DNA of 32,650 nucleotides from a virus (Duplodnaviria; Heunggongvirae; Uroviricota; Caudoviricetes): IMG/VR virus record IMGVR_UViG_2740892015_000008; one strand, 5' to 3'. Shown piece by piece: positions 29,099 to 32,650 of this stretch (position 1 is its first letter; each line of letters starts with the position of its first letter). The notes under the pieces were generated by a model. It saw only the letters and a program-made list of their open reading frames with translations, ran no database searches and was not told where the DNA came from. The position numbers and the translations under genes were made by a program.

Positions 29099-29719
29099 AT
29101 GACCACTTTCACCGACAAAGAACTGATTAAAGAAATCAAAGAGCGCATAGGCAGCTTGGACGTGCGAGACAATATTGAGCACCGAGCTTATGAAATAGCG
29201 TTAGCCTCGCTGAAAGCAGAACCGGTGGCATGGCTGCATTCAGACAATGGCTTAGGTATTCCGGCAATAACACGGAGTAAAAACATTGCTGACAGTTGGT
29301 TATCAAAGGGCTGGTATGTTCAGCCGCTATATATAGCCAAGCCAGTGCCGATGGTGCCAGATGTTCGTCCGTCTTTAAATAATGGCATAGTCGGCTTTGA
29401 TGAAGGCTGGAACGCCTGCCGCGCCGCCATGCTTCATGGTGCCGAACCTGTAAGCCAGTCTTACAAGTTGAACGAGCTGTCGGGCAACTCTCCGGTAACT
29501 CCGGATGGTTGGATAAGCTGTAGTGAGCGAATGCCGGACGATAAACAGTATGTTTGGTGTTGGGGTAAGTCTTACGGCTGGACTGAGTGCGATACCTTCG
29601 AAGGGTATTACGATTGGTCGAGAAACAAATGGTGGGCAGTTACTGACGATGGGGAAGAACCGGCATCGAAAGTAACCCACTGGATGCCGCTACCGGAGCC
29701 GCCGCAGGAGGTGAAGTAA
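29099..29719 (+). CDS. DUF551 domain protein (206 aa)
   Basis: C-terminal …DGWISCSERMPDDKQYVWCWGKS…VTHWMPLPEPP matches the DUF551 pattern; AAGGAG SD upstream. Confidence 0.6.
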   Translation: MTTFTDKELIKEIKERIGSLDVRDNIEHRAYEIALASLKAEPVAWLHSDNGLGIPAITRSKNIADSWLSKGWYVQPLYIAKPVPMVPDVRPSLNNGIVGFDEGWNACRAAMLHGAEPVSQSYKLNELSGNSPVTPDGWISCSERMPDDKQYVWCWGKSYGWTECDTFEGYYDWSRNKWWAVTDDGEEPASKVTHWMPLPEPPQEVK

Positions 29720-29913
29720 TGAACAACTTAATGACAACTAAACAAGTCGCCGACTTCTGTGGCGTTTCAGTATCGACTGTTCTTCGCTGGAACAGCGTAA
29801 ACAGGAGAACTGGCCAGAAATACAGGCCTGATTTTCCAGATCCTGATATCAAATCCTGCCCAAATAAATGGGCATCACGCAAAATATACAGATTTGCTGG
29901 AGTTATTGAGTAA
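29719..29913 (+). CDS. AlpA-family DNA-binding protein / excisionase (Xis-like)
   Basis: 64 aa; MTTKQVADFCGVSVSTVLRW HTH typical of AlpA/TorI-type excisionases; last gene of the operon, near int. Confidence 0.75.
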   Translation: MNNLMTTKQVADFCGVSVSTVLRWNSVNRRTGQKYRPDFPDPDIKSCPNKWASRKIYRFAGVIE

Positions 29914-30122
29914 TGAGAGTTAGCCAAGAGGTGAGATAGTATCCATCTATGGCACAGAACTAAACATAATCTGACTATATGCTCTGTGCCAAAAACAGAT
30001 GTTATATCATGTATTGTATGCTCATCCTGCAAAATATAAATTCCGCAGATACCCCTTACCTCTGAATATTAATCCACAATGGATGCGACAAAAAAGATTT
30101 TGAGTTGGTATCAAGCGAAATA

Positions 30123-31256
30123 TTAATAATTATAATACCCCATACACAATGCCATCTGAGTCATCATATCCTGGTCTCTATCAATATTTATCTTGCCATC
30201 AGAAAAATCCAACACAAAGAAATGATGAAATTTCGGCGGAACAACTTTAGAGTAAAAGCAGAAATACTCATTATTCCTTTCATATTGAAAATTAACGTAT
30301 ATTTTTTTAATTTTTTTATTTTCCACCAGGTCCATAAACATTTTATTTAAATCTGACCTTTTACTTTCCTTGTCATCATCTTGAAGCTTAGGATCAAAGT
30401 AACGTATTAAGCAGTTTTCAATAATTCTCCCCTCATTATCAACATCAATTTCATCCAGTAGAGAATTTGAAATATTAAAGACCACATTACATTTATTATT
30501 CAGAGATATAATCCTTGGATTAAATATACTAAAACAAACAAAAAAATCATTATCGTCATTTGAAACGCTATACAGCATCTTTGATAAGCCACGGTGAATA
30601 AAATCAACAGGGCGCCGATGCGGATGACGTGTATATCCTACGTAATGCACTTCTGTATGAATTCCTAAATCAATATAATGTCCGTTTACGAAGTCATGAA
30701 CTGACATCACACATAAATTGCCATTTTCATATTCAATGTAGAGAAACTTCTCAGTTACTCTAACATTTGGAGTTACCTTCACTACCCCATTCTGCGTAAA
30801 CGTGCAAAAGGAATATTTTATCCGAAGCTTTCGCTCTTCTTTGCCAATCAACAGAGTGAATACTATATTTTTTGTGAATGGGTTATACCTAGGCTGTTTC
30901 TTGGTTGAAAACCTTACTTTTTTTCTTGAACCTAAGAAATAAATAAATCTCTTTTCACAGCTTTCCCTCGTATATTTTTCCATAATTCTGAGATAGTTCT
31001 TTATTATCTTATTTGTTCTTATATCATCAGGAGGATTAATTATCATATCATACCAAATACAATCGGTGTTAATGAGATCAATCCACAATGACTTATCGGC
31101 TTCTGAGAAAACCACGTTAGAGTTTATAAAATCAAAGTTTCCGCGAGTCATAAAACACTTCATCACATTAAAAATCACCTGCACATAATAAATTAAGTAG
31201 CAGAAGGTTCGCAAACCCTTGCTTCTGTTTGTGCTATGATATTTTTCATAATTCAT
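30123..31256 (-). CDS. Hypothetical protein (377 aa), AT-rich orphan gene between excisionase and integrase; candidate defence or lysogenic-conversion gene
   Basis: Long minus-strand ORF, very AT-rich (Asn/Lys/Ile/Tyr/Phe-rich protein), convergent with the early-left operon; AGGGA about 10 nt upstream of ATG 31256; start uncertain (alternative Met32). Confidence 0.65.
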   Translation of the reverse strand: MNYEKYHSTNRSKGLRTFCYLIYYVQVIFNVMKCFMTRGNFDFINSNVVFSEADKSLWIDLINTDCIWYDMIINPPDDIRTNKIIKNYLRIMEKYTRESCEKRFIYFLGSRKKVRFSTKKQPRYNPFTKNIVFTLLIGKEERKLRIKYSFCTFTQNGVVKVTPNVRVTEKFLYIEYENGNLCVMSVHDFVNGHYIDLGIHTEVHYVGYTRHPHRRPVDFIHRGLSKMLYSVSNDDNDFFVCFSIFNPRIISLNNKCNVVFNISNSLLDEIDVDNEGRIIENCLIRYFDPKLQDDDKESKRSDLNKMFMDLVENKKIKKIYVNFQYERNNEYFCFYSKVVPPKFHHFFVLDFSDGKINIDRDQDMMTQMALCMGYYNY

Positions 31257-31414
31257 TGATTGGCATCCCTACATCCTTAGTCCCACAGTAACCCAATAAA
31301 CCATCAAACTCCTGCCGCCCCCCCAAATACTGAAGCTACCGGTTAACGTAGTCTGGCTAAAAACCCAGTACACAAGGTATCCGCAGCGGACTGGCAGATA
31401 TGATTACGCTCTGG

Positions 31415-32650
31415 CTACGCAAACTGTCCGTTGGAGATTAAGTCAGTACAAGTAACGATCGATTCAACCCTCTCCCACCATGCCCAGTAAGCTTTACGCT
31501 GTTCTTCTAGATAATCGCTCTTATCATAAACTTGCCATACACCTGGCAGTTTATGACCGAGCATTATTTCAGCAATATGAGGAGCAGTAAGATCAGAAAA
31601 GTTTGTTCGTGCTGTTCGTCTCAAATCATGAAGAGACCAATGAGGAAATTGATACCCCAAACGTCGCCATGCGAACTGCATTAAATTGTAAGGCAGCGAC
31701 TGCAATGATGTCCGACCAACTGGCTCCCTGCTTCCTTCCTTAGTAAAAAGCATATCGGAACCGTTGTTCATAGAGATAGCGTATTTTATAAGCTCTTCAA
31801 CCGGTTCAATAATGGGCCGCTTTAGCGGTTCGCCTGTTATGTCCCCAGTCTTATGTCGTTCTGGTGGTACAGTCCATACCTTATTTATGAAATCAAAATC
31901 ATCCACCCTAGCAGTAATTAGCTCTGAACTACGGCAACCAAAATGCAGCAATAGTTTAATGAAGGCTCGGTATTTAGGAACCATTCGAGAACCATCGATC
32001 GCAGCATAAAGGATGTTAATTTCATCATGTGTCAGAAACCGTTTTTTCTGACCTTTACGGATATCCATATCTTTACCCGTGATATCCGACAGTGGGCGAG
32101 TTTCAATGAGCTTTCTCTTATACGCCCAGACATGGGCCTGCTTTGCGTTAATTAGCAATCGGTCTACTATTGCTGGAGTCTTGGTGCTAAGAGGCTCCAG
32201 GACTTCTAACCAATCATGCAATGTAGCTGCATCGTGAGGGATATTCCCGATTTTAGAGAACAGGTGCAGCTCAAACGAGCGGAGTATCTGTTCAGAACCT
32301 TTTTTATTTTTTACACAATATGCTTCATACCAGGCACGGATCACAGACTCTACCGTCATGGCTTCAGTAGCTTTTCGTTTTTCAGCCTGCTTGACTAATC
32401 GTGGATTGCGGTTTGACTCGAGTTCACCACGGAGACGGATAACTTCTTCTCTGGCCTCTTTTAATCCAGTTGCCGGGTAAGTTCCGATATCAAGGCGCTC
32501 ACCTTTCCCTGCCCATTGATAACGATATTGGAACACTACGCGACCTTTCGGTGATACTCTGACAGACAGACCATCACGATCGGATTTAACCAAAACCTTA
32601 TCACGTTCCTTTCCAACGACTGAACGCAACCACGCATCAGACAGCGCCAT
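31415..32650 (-). CDS. int: Tyrosine recombinase, P4-family prophage integrase
   Basis: 411 aa; N-terminal arm-binding-type region (MALSDAWLRSVVGKERDKVLVKSDRDGLSVRVSPKGRVVFQYRYQ) and C-terminal catalytic region with HxxR…Y (…HDLRRTARTNF…). The ATG is the last 3 nt of the window. Confidence 0.9.
   Translation of the reverse strand: MALSDAWLRSVVGKERDKVLVKSDRDGLSVRVSPKGRVVFQYRYQWAGKGERLDIGTYPATGLKEAREEVIRLRGELESNRNPRLVKQAEKRKATEAMTVESVIRAWYEAYCVKNKKGSEQILRSFELHLFSKIGNIPHDAATLHDWLEVLEPLSTKTPAIVDRLLINAKQAHVWAYKRKLIETRPLSDITGKDMDIRKGQKKRFLTHDEINILYAAIDGSRMVPKYRAFIKLLLHFGCRSSELITARVDDFDFINKVWTVPPERHKTGDITGEPLKRPIIEPVEELIKYAISMNNGSDMLFTKEGSREPVGRTSLQSLPYNLMQFAWRRLGYQFPHWSLHDLRRTARTNFSDLTAPHIAEIMLGHKLPGVWQVYDKSDYLEEQRKAYWAWWERVESIVTCTDLISNGQFA

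Noticed and set aside
29640-30350. ORFs 29640-30032 (minus) and 30105-30350 (plus)
   Set aside because: The first is antisense to the DUF551 and excisionase genes; the second is antisense to the AT-rich 377-aa gene and looks like an AT-rich chance ORF.

Overview
The window is a large internal slice of a lambdoid (lambda-like) enterobacterial prophage, oriented so that the late operon runs on the minus strand. Left to right: the first ~680 codons of tape-measure gene H (cut by the window start), then T/G with the GGGAAAG -1 frameshift site, V, U, Z, FII, FI, E, D, C/Nu3, B, W, A and Nu1, all co-linear with phage lambda and of the same lengths as I recall them. These are followed by a cos region, two small unknown genes, a phage-21-type lysis cassette (Rz/Rz1, SAR endolysin, dual-start pinholin), a DNA methyltransferase, an AT-rich plus-strand two-gene cassette of unknown function, a short Q-type antiterminator, nin-region genes (DUF968-like, KilA-N, RusA, a LexA DNA-binding-domain-only protein, phage Dam methylase), an iteron-containing replication initiator, Rha-domain and CII-like genes, a divergent cro/cI pair with TTGC-N7-GCAA operators, a plus-strand accessory early-left operon (YfdP/Q/R/S-like, two DUF551 proteins, AlpA-type excisionase), an AT-rich minus-strand orphan gene and a P4-type tyrosine integrase starting exactly at the window edge. 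No tRNA, rRNA, CRISPR array or IS element was recognised. The best candidates for undescribed biology are the AT-rich two-gene cassette (16091-17552) wedged between Q and the late genes, and the AT-rich orphan gene next to the integrase (30123-31256). All homology statements come from reading the translations and from memory of reference proteins, not from database searches; no att site is visible inside the window.
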